Shown: positions 29,296-39,088 of the stretch, in pieces
Layout: every line of letters starts with the position of its first letter
How positions within the stretch are numbered: the stretch's first letter is position 1
Virus record (IMG/VR): IMGVR_UViG_3300017991_000049
Location: 64,001-128,000 of that record
Reading direction: 5' to 3' (one strand)
From: a virus
DNA length: 64,000 bases
Made by a program: the position numbers and the translations under genes
Notes under the pieces: model-generated
The model's database searches: none
The model's input: only the letters and a program-made list of their open reading frames with translations
What the model was told of the DNA's origin: nothing

Positions 29296-31704
29296 CTACA
29301 TTTCGCCTTCGCCGAGATCCATATCCACACCTTCGTCTGGGTACGGCTCGACAGTCTTTTGCTTGAGCTCCAGAGTCACGTCGCCCAGGCCCTCGAAGGC
29401 GTTTCGCATGGCGTCGGTCAAGTCCGGAAGGTTATTGCCACCGTACCGGTCCTCGAACTTGTCGTGGTGCCAGTACATGTTGAACAGCAGGCGGCCAAGG
29501 CTGTCGAGACCCTTCATCAGGTTCGACAGGTGCTTGTCGATTAGGGTTTCGTTCTGTGTGCCCTTGAGCAAGTTGGACAGCAAGGACGTGTCCAAGACCT
29601 CTTTCTGGCCGGTCTGGGACGCTTCCATGATCTGCTGCGCCATCATCGGCTCAGGCGGCGGAGACATCAACGGATGCTCTCGCGTCGCGCGCAGGCCATC
29701 GACTGGGACCTCTTGGATGTCCTCGCCGTACGTTGTCGGAACGCCGGAGCCCATGAAATGGTCAGAGCCCATCTCCGGTTCCGGGAACGTCGGAGCCGTC
29801 GGCGGGTAGCCGAGCGCCTCGTACGGCTGCGCCAGCTTGATTCGGCACTTGATACCGCGCTTGAGCGACGCTTCCTTGAGCAGTTCGCGTGCAGCCTTCT
29901 CGCGCAGTCCGTAATCGCGGACCAAGCTGACCATAGCGCCTACTGGCGACATGCGCTTACCGTCGACTACGGCCTCGGTGCCGTTGTTGAAGATCCGCAG
30001 TTCCTCGGAGGTCTTGTAGATTCCGAGCTGCAGGTCGACGTGGCTACCAGGACGCAGCGCAGGCGGATCGCTGGAGTCTTCCATGTCGCAGCACGTTACC
30101 GGGACTGGGCAGCAGCAATCGCCTTCGCAGCCGCAATCGGGCTTCGGGGGATCTTTGATCTTCACGGCTTTGGCGCCGTCCGGCACGTACAAGCAGCACA
30201 GCCGGGAGACGAACCGCGGACCCTTGATCCGATTCAGCATCACTGAGTCTGCCCCCTCGCAATCACTGTCGTACTCATACCGCCGTTCGGCAACAGGGGG
30301 CAGATGGTCAGGACGTCGGCTGCCGTAGCGATTACGCCAGCGGACCTCGTAACATTTTTCGTCGCCCTCGGCCGGCAGAGTATTCTTGACCTTGAAGACG
30401 CTGGTGCCCTGCCCGTTCGGCGCCAGGAGGACGTACATTGCGCCCTCTTCAAGGCTCGTGGTCTCCGGCAGTCCATCAAAGTAGTCGCGGAAGGACTCGC
30501 CGTTGTAGTCGTTAGAGACAAAGATTGCTCCGGGGTGTGTTTCCGTCCATGCCTTCTCGCCATCACCAATCCGGATCAACACGCCGTTGGGCTTTGTGCC
30601 GCGCGCATTGAACGGGGAGTGAATGTAGAGACACTTCTCGAATGAGTCTGGCTTGCACAGCACTTCGTAGATGCCCGTGTCGTCCGGGTTCATCAGTTCG
30701 AGCGGCTCCTGCACGCGGTATGCGTGGGAGACTTCGTCATCGGTACGCTCGTCAGCGATGAATACGCCGTCGCGCTTGAGCTCTTGGGCCTGTTTCTCCG
30801 TGAGGCCATTGCTGCAATTGCGCGCACGCACATCAGTGCTATCATCGTAGCGCCAGATCTTGACTTTTCCTGCAAGCTGCTCTCGAGCCTGTGCAGCTGC
30901 AGACTTCTCGGGGAATAGACTCCCGGTCTTGTAGGTCTTCCCCTTCTTTTTCTTGTGCTTCTGGCCGGTTGGGATGGCCGACTCGGTGGTCTTGGCGCAG
31001 TCGATTGCTTCCTTGACTACGTCCGCGCCGTACATGTCCGTAAGCGGCCGGACCAGCTGTGGATAGGCGTCCAGCAGCGTGATGAACTGCATGGCGGCGT
31101 CGGCGTTCTCCTTGACCAGACCAGGCACCTGGACCTGCAGCTCGACGTGCCGGCCAAGCGCGTGCATCAAGCCGGGCAGCGCGGGTGCAAGCCAGTCCGG
31201 GTAGGCTGACGCGTACTTGTTCCGCGGAGAGTCACGGAAGACGTCCATGTTCGGACGATCGACTCCGAGCGCAGCCAGGTTCGGCTTGGCTTCCTCGCCG
31301 ATGACGTTGGGCTTCCGGTTCAACACGTAGTTGATCCAGTTCTCCTTCATCGGGACGAACGTGTCCGAGTCCTTGAGGTAGAGTAGCTCGTGGCCTTTCA
31401 GCTCACCGTTCAGGAAGAACACGGGAGCGTACAACAGCTGCGACCCGACACGGAAACCGAAGATGCCGACGGCGCGGTCGTTGTCCTCGTTCTTTTCCAG
31501 CAACTGGAAGCCCAGTTCGTGGTCGAGAAGTTGGGGTGCGCGGTCCTTGAGGTACGCGTGGGCCAGGTTTGAAAGGGCCTGCTCGAACGGAACAGATTGG
31601 CCATCACCCCCCAAATCAGCACGCTTGATGTGCTGTGTACGGGCGTGGGACTGACAAACCTGTCTCCAATGTGCAGCGGGCCTCGAGAGCGGCTTGGTGC
31701 TCAT
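29296..31704 (-). CDS. Large virion morphogenesis protein (802 aa; portal candidate)
   Basis: First gene of the structural block after the RNA polymerase genes. Large size and acidic C-terminus (DMDLGEGEM). Specific family not recognisable by eye. Confidence 0.5.
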   Translation of the reverse strand: MSTKPLSRPAAHWRQVCQSHARTQHIKRADLGGDGQSVPFEQALSNLAHAYLKDRAPQLLDHELGFQLLEKNEDNDRAVGIFGFRVGSQLLYAPVFFLNGELKGHELLYLKDSDTFVPMKENWINYVLNRKPNVIGEEAKPNLAALGVDRPNMDVFRDSPRNKYASAYPDWLAPALPGLMHALGRHVELQVQVPGLVKENADAAMQFITLLDAYPQLVRPLTDMYGADVVKEAIDCAKTTESAIPTGQKHKKKKGKTYKTGSLFPEKSAAAQAREQLAGKVKIWRYDDSTDVRARNCSNGLTEKQAQELKRDGVFIADERTDDEVSHAYRVQEPLELMNPDDTGIYEVLCKPDSFEKCLYIHSPFNARGTKPNGVLIRIGDGEKAWTETHPGAIFVSNDYNGESFRDYFDGLPETTSLEEGAMYVLLAPNGQGTSVFKVKNTLPAEGDEKCYEVRWRNRYGSRRPDHLPPVAERRYEYDSDCEGADSVMLNRIKGPRFVSRLCCLYVPDGAKAVKIKDPPKPDCGCEGDCCCPVPVTCCDMEDSSDPPALRPGSHVDLQLGIYKTSEELRIFNNGTEAVVDGKRMSPVGAMVSLVRDYGLREKAARELLKEASLKRGIKCRIKLAQPYEALGYPPTAPTFPEPEMGSDHFMGSGVPTTYGEDIQEVPVDGLRATREHPLMSPPPEPMMAQQIMEASQTGQKEVLDTSLLSNLLKGTQNETLIDKHLSNLMKGLDSLGRLLFNMYWHHDKFEDRYGGNNLPDLTDAMRNAFEGLGDVTLELKQKTVEPYPDEGVDMDLGEGEM

Positions 31705-31793
31705 AGTACCCTCATCCTGTGGGAAATTTGGCGTCCTGCCTGATCAAGAGCATGCTACCTATCGTAGCAGATACGTGGAGATCAGGGCAACGT

Positions 31794-33683
31794 CTAGGTT
31801 TTAGGCGGCCTCAACACGTCCTTCGGCCAATTCCGACCAAACTCAGTGCCCTCGGCCATAGCCGGGACAAAGCTCGTACCCTTGGTGTCGGACACAGCGC
31901 CACGATGCGTCGCGCTGAGTAGGCTTTTCTTCTGATTCGAACCCAGGAATCTGGTCATCCAGTCAGGATCATGACCGATCGAGGCCATGGCCCTGACCAT
32001 GTGCGGGCGAAACGCCGGCTCGGTGTCGTGCGCCTCGACCGACTTCACGCCGAATTCTTCGAATACTGGCAGCATTGATGGCGTTATCCGGGTGCCGATC
32101 GTGTAGTGGAGCACCGGACGCTCCAGATACTTGCCTACAGCGTACTGCGGCTCAAACTGGGCCGAACCGTCGCGTGGCTGGTATCCGCGCTCAAATTGCT
32201 GGTACGGGATGACATCGCCTGGAACGTGGCCGTCATCCTCGTCCACCATCTCTACGTGATCGATCAGTCCTCGGGCGAGCAGCTCGATGTTCCGGCGGTT
32301 GGCGTACATGCCTCCGGCTCTGTACGCGTCTGCGAAGGTGTCGACGAAGTATCTTCGTCCTTCGCCGATTCCCTTATGCTTGACAATCTCTGAAGGATTC
32401 GGGATGCCGTCGCTGATGACGTCACCGGCCTCGACTGTATCTCCTCTCTCAACTTGGAGATCAAACCCCGGGAGCACGAAGTGTCTCTGTCCGCTAATGG
32501 TAACGTACCGACCACCTGCCGGCGCATCTTCGACGGCCGTCACCTTCCCGTCGAGCTGGGCATGGGCTGCGCCTCCTTTGAAGGTTTTTGGCACTTGCAC
32601 GAGCTGGTTGACGTGTTGGAAGCCGGTGACGGACTGCGCTTCTCCTTTGACTCCACCTGAATGCTTTGAGGATAGCTGACCTTGCGTAAGCTTCTCGCTG
32701 AGTGCTTGTGCCGCCGCGACGCCAACCATGTCGCCAACCGGTGATAGGCCACCACGCTCACGTATACCAACATCACGAGAATACACCCCAGAGGCAGGCC
32801 CTCCCACCATTGGACTACGGACAAGAATACGCTTAACACCTTGATTCTCCAGGTCCTTCAAGATCTTCGGGGTAAGGACGGTGTTCCGCTCATAATCACC
32901 AGCTGGGGACGCCAACAGTGCTCCTTCACTGTCAACGTCGGTCACGTCGACTGGCAGGCCCCGTATCGGCGCTCCTTCGCCCGGTTCCTCATCGTCATCA
33001 GAAGCCGTGACGAGTAGTCGGTGTGCCAGCTGGTTAAGTTGCTTCGAGAAGAAGCCCGCATCTTGGGTCGCAAATTTCACGTCGATCAGACCCTTGCGCG
33101 CGCCATACGTAGCGGCCCAGAACTCCGCAGGCCGCAGACCCTCGGCGAAGCTTGTCTGTACTGGAAACGGAATGACGTTCTCGTGGTGATCGACATACAG
33201 CATGTCGCCGCCGATCAGGCGCTTTAGTCCGGTGATACCCTTGCCACCGCCTACAAAGCCGGACACCACCTGGTCAGCCAGCGGGTTCTTGGCCTTCTTG
33301 GCGTCGGCAAGAATCTCCTTCTGTAGCCGTTCGTGCTCGACCGCAGTCGCTTCGACGACCTTCTCTTCCTTCTTCTCCTCACTCCACTTATCGTTGGACA
33401 GGATGTCCCGGATGCGCCTGTTCAGACGCTGGCGAGACATGTGGACAGAAGGCGTTGGGCGCATATGACGCAGGCCAAAAGAACTCCCACCGGTTGTGAA
33501 CGCAACGTCTCGGCCCACGTCAGACAGGCGTTTGGAAACTTCACGGTACTTCTCCGGATGTTCCTCGGCGACTTGGCGAAGCAGCGCGCTGATGCCCTTC
33601 TTGTCCAAGACACGCGTGTAGTCACGCATATCCGACGGTAGCGCCTCGTTCACCATGAGTTGTCCGATGGTCGTACGAATCAC
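31794..33683 (-). CDS. DNA-directed RNA polymerase beta-prime subunit, C-terminal segment (629 aa)
   Basis: ATYGARKGLIDVKFATQDAGFFSKQLNQLAHRLLV matches the beta-prime/RPB1 region around the trigger loop (compare [29 protein letters not shown]). Confidence 0.8.
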   Translation of the reverse strand: MIRTTIGQLMVNEALPSDMRDYTRVLDKKGISALLRQVAEEHPEKYREVSKRLSDVGRDVAFTTGGSSFGLRHMRPTPSVHMSRQRLNRRIRDILSNDKWSEEKKEEKVVEATAVEHERLQKEILADAKKAKNPLADQVVSGFVGGGKGITGLKRLIGGDMLYVDHHENVIPFPVQTSFAEGLRPAEFWAATYGARKGLIDVKFATQDAGFFSKQLNQLAHRLLVTASDDDEEPGEGAPIRGLPVDVTDVDSEGALLASPAGDYERNTVLTPKILKDLENQGVKRILVRSPMVGGPASGVYSRDVGIRERGGLSPVGDMVGVAAAQALSEKLTQGQLSSKHSGGVKGEAQSVTGFQHVNQLVQVPKTFKGGAAHAQLDGKVTAVEDAPAGGRYVTISGQRHFVLPGFDLQVERGDTVEAGDVISDGIPNPSEIVKHKGIGEGRRYFVDTFADAYRAGGMYANRRNIELLARGLIDHVEMVDEDDGHVPGDVIPYQQFERGYQPRDGSAQFEPQYAVGKYLERPVLHYTIGTRITPSMLPVFEEFGVKSVEAHDTEPAFRPHMVRAMASIGHDPDWMTRFLGSNQKKSLLSATHRGAVSDTKGTSFVPAMAEGTEFGRNWPKDVLRPPKT

Positions 33684-33943
33684 GGGTTATCCCCTGGCTT
33701 CCATAACGTGCCTGGAGGCGTCGGCATATCCAGCATATTGCTCATGACCGTCTCGTCGAGACCGACGCCACGCAGCGCACGCTGCATGGCCTCATCACCG
33801 TCACCGCGATGGACGATGAAATAGTTGTCCGGCCCGACCTGCATCGCTACGCATAGCGCCTGTCCGTCAGCTGATCGCAGCACCAATCTGGTAGCCTCGA
33901 TCTGCTCGGGGCTGCCGAGTTTGTTATGCAGCTCGACGATCAT
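33680..33943 (-). CDS. Small hypothetical protein between the RNA polymerase genes (87 aa)
   Basis: Complete ORF with ATGA-type coupling to neighbours. Confidence 0.4.
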   Translation of the reverse strand: MIVELHNKLGSPEQIEATRLVLRSADGQALCVAMQVGPDNYFIVHRGDGDEAMQRALRGVGLDETVMSNMLDMPTPPGTLWKPGDNP

Positions 33944-33944
33944 G

Positions 33945-34637
33945 CTACGCTCCGGTCAGGCCACGAGACAGCGCGGAAAGTGCGTCGATCCGGCGTGCGC
34001 TGTCGTCGAAATCGGGGGCCTCTTCGGGCGCGGCGGGCGCACGGAACAGCGACATAACGCCGTCCGCATCGGCAGCGGGCTTCTCTGTACCGCCAGCGGG
34101 TTCGATCGGGCTGACTGGCGCTTGGCCGCCGATCGCGGGCAGTTGTCCCGCCTGCTCGGACTCACCGCCCTGGCCGATCGGTGCGCTTTGTGGCGGCTGC
34201 CCTTGGGAGAGCATTGCCACAGTACCGTCGTCCAGAATATCCGGAGGCATCTCGATCCCGGTGTGCTTCATCATGTGGGTCAGGAGCTTGCGAACGCGGC
34301 TCAGCTCTTGGTAGATGAAGGTTGGGTCGATCTTGGGCTTTCCGCCTGCAGCGGGGGCGCCTGCCGCGGGCGCTGCCGGAGGAGCTGCAGCTGCAGCCAT
34401 TGGGTCCATTGGAGGCGCCCCACCTGGCGGCATTCCTGCCATCGCCGGATCCATCGGCGGTGCGCCGCCCATTGCTGCGGGGTCCATTGGCGGCGCGCCG
34501 CCTGGCGGCATGCCTCCGCCCATCGCTGCGGCCGGGTCCGTGGCGCCCTGCGGCACAAAGGCTTGCTTTTCTGCCTCACCGCGAAGCCTCCAGTCGGCTA
34601 CGTCGAAGAGCGTCTCGTTCATTTCGTGTCTGGTCAT
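33945..34637 (-). CDS. Met/Pro/Gly-repeat protein between the RNA polymerase genes (230 aa)
   Basis: Three GGAPPMDP repeats and a poly-Ala/Pro tract. Same compositional theme as 22184..23515. Confidence 0.5.
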   Translation of the reverse strand: MTRHEMNETLFDVADWRLRGEAEKQAFVPQGATDPAAAMGGGMPPGGAPPMDPAAMGGAPPMDPAMAGMPPGGAPPMDPMAAAAAPPAAPAAGAPAAGGKPKIDPTFIYQELSRVRKLLTHMMKHTGIEMPPDILDDGTVAMLSQGQPPQSAPIGQGGESEQAGQLPAIGGQAPVSPIEPAGGTEKPAADADGVMSLFRAPAAPEEAPDFDDSARRIDALSALSRGLTGA

Positions 34638-34717
34638 GGCAAAGCGAACTCCAGTGAGGGTTCATGATATCTTACCAGCTTATCGGGGACGCGGTGTTTA
34701 TACAATCCGACTGTCCG

Positions 34718-37700
34718 CTATTCTAGGATCTCCACGCGCTGGCCGGAGCCTATTTCGCCGCGATGGTAAGCGGCAATTGCATCTTTCTTGGTCTTGAACA
34801 CGCGTGCTGGCGTGGGGTCGGCCTTCGCTGTAGCCGCCCACAGCCCGCCGACGTATTCCTTGCTCGGCGTGTAATGGACATCGAAATCGCCGACAGCCAG
34901 CAGGTTCTTGGACGGCATCAGCTTCTCTTTGGCCTCGTCCACGGCGTCGTCACTGGACGGCACGTGGAACTGCATGGCGTCACCATCGAAGTCAGCGCCG
35001 AAGCCGCCAACGGTCAGCGGCGGAATCTCCAGCGTGGATGACGATGTGAGCTGCGGCCAGAACGCCATCACGCCGAACCTGTGCAACACAGGTGCGCGGT
35101 TGATGACCACCGGCCGGGTCTGCATTTCGCTCTGTAGCTCACGCAGCGCCAGCGGGGTGCGCTCCTTAGCCTCCTCCATGGCCTTGATCTTGCCCATGCC
35201 ACGCCGTACGAGGCGGCGCACGATGAACGGCTGGTACAACGTCCACGCCTCGTCGATCGGCAGCCCGACCTGGTCCATGTCGAGGTTCGGGTTAGGCGTG
35301 ATCGTAGCGCGTCCAACGAGGTCGACGGTGCTGCCGAGCAGCTTCCGTTGTACGGTACCGAACTTCGGGCTACTGCCAAAGACATGCTTGAGGATGCCCT
35401 TGATGTCCTGCTCTTGGAACTCCGGCGAGATCGGGTTACCGAGGCCGGTCACGCCCTTGAACGCCTTGTACACGGCCAGGCGCTCGTCAGTGATGTCGTC
35501 GGTGAGCTTAGACAGGTCTTTCAGGTTCTTCGTGGCCTCGAAGACCTCTTTGTACAGGTAGTTTGCGTCGTTCACGAGCTGCGTGTTGGTATCGGCGAAC
35601 AGCGAGACCGGGCGGAACGTAGGCGGCAGCACGGGCACGCGGTCCATCATCCAGTCACCTGGGTGCTGGCCGTTCTCCTTCGCTGACTTGAGATACTGCA
35701 AGCGTCGGATCGCCTTGTCGCGGTAGGTCTTCTTACCGCTGTTCATCTCTGCACGTGCGCGCTCGATCTCCTTGTTGAGGTTGATATCCTCAAGCGCAGA
35801 CTTGATGCCCGCAGGTCCAGTTAGCTGCTCACGCCCAGGCAAGCCTTCGCGGCCAGCCAAGACCGATTCGAACTGCTTCTGCGTCAGCCCTAGGATGCGC
35901 CGGATAGGTTCTTCCATAACCGGGTTTGGCAGCGGCTCGTGCAGCTTGATATGGCTCCAACGGTTACCACCGTGGCCGCCGGTAAGCGACTCGTCGAACA
36001 GGCCGCCCTTGATCGGCGTCAGCTTGCTGATACGCCAGTCGACTGTCTGTGCGTTCTGGATTTCGCGATCGCCGGTGAGATCAACAGCGTCCGGACCGGT
36101 CATGGCCATGACTTGCAGCTGCGTGCCGGTCTTGACTGGGTTGATGCCTGCGCCCTTCAACTGCGCAACGAACTTCTCGAACATGAACGGGACCTTCGGC
36201 TCGGGCGGCGTATAGCCGGACATGAGCATGCGCCAGTAGTCCTCGTTCCGCTGGCCTCGGACGATGCTGGCGTCACGGATGGTCTTGTACGCACCGTGTG
36301 ACAGCAATGCATTCAGTTCGAGCATACCGACGCGCTTCGAGCCTGATGGTCCGCCCTTGGCAGGCTGACCCTCAGCGGTGTAGCCGCCACCGGCCGCGCG
36401 GCCTTGCAGCTTGGCCTCGGCTGTGTGGTGCAGCTTCATGATGAAGCGGTTGCCGGCATCGATGTCCTTGAGCGTGCGCCCGGTCTTCGGGTCGGTCAGG
36501 TCTTCGGTGTCCGGCAACCCGTGCTTGCGCAGTTCGCGTTCGGCGAACTCGCGGAGGTCTTTCAGGCTGCCGAAGTCTTGCAGCTTGTACGGCTTACCAG
36601 TCAGCGCGGCAATCTTACCTAGCTGGGCCTCGATGATCTGCGAGGGATTGCCCCGACCCATGATGCCGCCTGGGTTGAGTAGCACTTCGTATGGCACTTT
36701 GTCGGGACCGTGCGGCATGTCTTCGTCCGGGACGATGGCGGCCACAACGCCCTTATCGCCGTAACGTCCGGCGAACTTGTCACCAACTTGCGTGGGATGT
36801 AGGGACTTAACGACAACGGAGATACCCTTCTTTCCTTTGTGAACGTCGGTTACGGTTCCTGGCGAGTGGTGATCCCACATGATCGATGCGTTCGACCACG
36901 ACGCCTTGCGACGACCAAGCCGCGGACCCGTCTTACGCTCTTTCACGGCCAAAATCAACGGCTCGTCCATGTTCACCGTCTCGCCGACGCGCACTACGCC
37001 GTCGTCATCGTACTTCTCCAGCAGCTTCCGGTCGTATTCGCCCGGATAGATCGACATGAATGTGTTCTTGGACGCCTTGGTGCCTTCGGCAATATCAAGC
37101 TCGTGCTGGTACATGTGTTCCGAGCTAGCGCGCTTAGCGAACGACTCCGAGATTACGATGGCGTCTTCGAAGTTGTAGCCTTTGTACGGGAGGTACGCGA
37201 CGCGTGCATTTTTGCCAAGGGCAGTTGTCCCGCCTTGATCAGTGAAGTTTGAGGAGGCAAGAAGCTGGCCGGAGCGAACTTTGTCACCAGGTCGGACCAC
37301 AGGGCGATTGTGGACGAAGGTCTTTCTGTTGTAGGGGTGGTTGTCATAGAGCTCCTCGTAATGAACCTTCCGGTCCTTACCCCTGATCTTGATAGCGCTC
37401 GGCGTGACTTCCAGCACCGTACCGTCGACCTGGCTCTTCACCGCGCCCATGTCACTGCCGAGCAAGTCCTCGAACGATGTGCCTTCCATGCCCGGGACAC
37501 CAGACTGTACCAATGGCGCCTCTGCGTCCGCCATCGGCAGCGCTTGCGAAAGCATGCGGCTGCCCATAGAAACGCGCTGTGGGAACGCAGCGCCTTTCAA
37601 CGGGACCATGGATGCCAACGGGCCGAACGCCTCGGTCATGTCGGCTAGCTGGTAGTCGACGTCCTTGGCGGCGACGTACTTGAGCTTGCCTTTGTGCTGT

Positions 37701-39088
37701 GCGCGGACGTGCGGCTGCCCCGATTCAAGCTCTCCTGGAAAAGCGACGACAGCATCTGCAACATCCTGTGGTGACTTCCAGACGGTCTTGCCTGTCTTCG
37801 GATGAAGGAATCGCGAGTATATGCGTCCGTCAGGGCCTTTAAGCGTTCGGATTGATAGGCGGGAATCGATACCGATCTTGCCCGACTCTGGGGTGTGGAC
37901 AGGATCAATGAATCCAAGGTGGCTAGGTTGAACATTACGCGCCTCGTCGGGAACCGAATCGGACGACGGGATGCCGCCCTCGCCCATACGCGTTACGCGC
38001 ACGCGCTGGTCGTACAGTTCCGCTGGGTTGATTTCTTCTAGTGGATTGCCAAGCCCGGTCTCGAGGATAGCGCCTCGCACCATCTTTTGGAAGATGTTGG
38101 GCTGCAATCTGCTGAGATTACCGGGCAGCGTGGCCTTCCACAGCGCCTTACGCGCTTCGATCGCAGCCTTGTTGATGCGCTCGGCGAATAGATCCTCCGG
38201 CCCGACAGTGCGCTGGAACGCCATGGCGTCGCGGTCGTCGGCATCTTCCTCGCCCTTGTGTACGCGCAGTAGCTTCTGTGTCGACGACAGGATGACCTCG
38301 GGATCAACCTTAGCATAAGGTTTGCCGAGCGTACGCTTAGTGACCTCTGGGTCCAGTTCCATCTCGTCGAAAGCTGCACGGATAGCCTCGAACATCTCCT
38401 GGTCGTCGCCAGCAGTGCCTCTGCGGACCAGTTTCTTGTACAGCTTCTTGATCGTGCCTGGGTCGCTCTTCTGCGCATTCGCAACGAACAACTCGTTACC
38501 CCAGGCATCGCGTATCTGTCTGTCCGTGGCACCCAATGCTTTAAGCACCGGCATCAACGGCATGCGAGCTTGTCCGAACTGAATTCGAAAGATACCTGTC
38601 TCTGGGTCCAGGAAGTAGCGGTGACCAAATCCCCGTGCAACATTGACATGGGACTCTAACTCGCCGGACTCCTTGATACGAGTGAAGATCCCAGGTCGTA
38701 ACCGCATCTGGTGAGACAAGCTGTACTCGTTGCCGTTGAGGATGAACGTACCACGGGGAGTCATGTGCGGAATGCTGGCCAAGGTGACCCGCTTCTCGTC
38801 CACGACTTGCTGGGCGTCATCGTTTGTGCGCAGCTGGTATGTACCGCGCAAACGGCGGCCGAGCGAGCGGCCCTCTAGGACAGCGCGCTTCTCATCGGCC
38901 TTTGTGTATGTTTCTGGTCCGTCGTAGCCAACATTAGACAGGCCCAGTATGTATTTCTGGTTGGAGACGGGCGCCTGGTTCTGCGCCGCCGTAAGCGCAT
39001 TCTGGTAGACAGCGGCACGCGTGGCATTCACGTCACCGAATGCGCGGGCCTCTGGTGGCCCGCCTTGCATATCCAGCAGAGGATTCAT
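34718..39088 (-). CDS. RNA polymerase fusion protein: beta-like subunit fused to the N-terminal catalytic part of beta-prime (1456 aa)
   Basis: Beta motifs RGTFILNGNEYSLSHQMRLRPGIFTR, NFEDAIVISE and GDKFAGRYGDKGVVAAIVPDEDMPHGPDKVPYEVLLNPGGIMGRGNPSQIIEAQLGK. Beta-prime active-site motif GGFGADFDGDAMQFHVP near the C-terminus. Confidence 0.85.
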   Translation of the reverse strand: MNPLLDMQGGPPEARAFGDVNATRAAVYQNALTAAQNQAPVSNQKYILGLSNVGYDGPETYTKADEKRAVLEGRSLGRRLRGTYQLRTNDDAQQVVDEKRVTLASIPHMTPRGTFILNGNEYSLSHQMRLRPGIFTRIKESGELESHVNVARGFGHRYFLDPETGIFRIQFGQARMPLMPVLKALGATDRQIRDAWGNELFVANAQKSDPGTIKKLYKKLVRRGTAGDDQEMFEAIRAAFDEMELDPEVTKRTLGKPYAKVDPEVILSSTQKLLRVHKGEEDADDRDAMAFQRTVGPEDLFAERINKAAIEARKALWKATLPGNLSRLQPNIFQKMVRGAILETGLGNPLEEINPAELYDQRVRVTRMGEGGIPSSDSVPDEARNVQPSHLGFIDPVHTPESGKIGIDSRLSIRTLKGPDGRIYSRFLHPKTGKTVWKSPQDVADAVVAFPGELESGQPHVRAQHKGKLKYVAAKDVDYQLADMTEAFGPLASMVPLKGAAFPQRVSMGSRMLSQALPMADAEAPLVQSGVPGMEGTSFEDLLGSDMGAVKSQVDGTVLEVTPSAIKIRGKDRKVHYEELYDNHPYNRKTFVHNRPVVRPGDKVRSGQLLASSNFTDQGGTTALGKNARVAYLPYKGYNFEDAIVISESFAKRASSEHMYQHELDIAEGTKASKNTFMSIYPGEYDRKLLEKYDDDGVVRVGETVNMDEPLILAVKERKTGPRLGRRKASWSNASIMWDHHSPGTVTDVHKGKKGISVVVKSLHPTQVGDKFAGRYGDKGVVAAIVPDEDMPHGPDKVPYEVLLNPGGIMGRGNPSQIIEAQLGKIAALTGKPYKLQDFGSLKDLREFAERELRKHGLPDTEDLTDPKTGRTLKDIDAGNRFIMKLHHTAEAKLQGRAAGGGYTAEGQPAKGGPSGSKRVGMLELNALLSHGAYKTIRDASIVRGQRNEDYWRMLMSGYTPPEPKVPFMFEKFVAQLKGAGINPVKTGTQLQVMAMTGPDAVDLTGDREIQNAQTVDWRISKLTPIKGGLFDESLTGGHGGNRWSHIKLHEPLPNPVMEEPIRRILGLTQKQFESVLAGREGLPGREQLTGPAGIKSALEDINLNKEIERARAEMNSGKKTYRDKAIRRLQYLKSAKENGQHPGDWMMDRVPVLPPTFRPVSLFADTNTQLVNDANYLYKEVFEATKNLKDLSKLTDDITDERLAVYKAFKGVTGLGNPISPEFQEQDIKGILKHVFGSSPKFGTVQRKLLGSTVDLVGRATITPNPNLDMDQVGLPIDEAWTLYQPFIVRRLVRRGMGKIKAMEEAKERTPLALRELQSEMQTRPVVINRAPVLHRFGVMAFWPQLTSSSTLEIPPLTVGGFGADFDGDAMQFHVPSSDDAVDEAKEKLMPSKNLLAVGDFDVHYTPSKEYVGGLWAATAKADPTPARVFKTKKDAIAAYHRGEIGSGQRVEILE

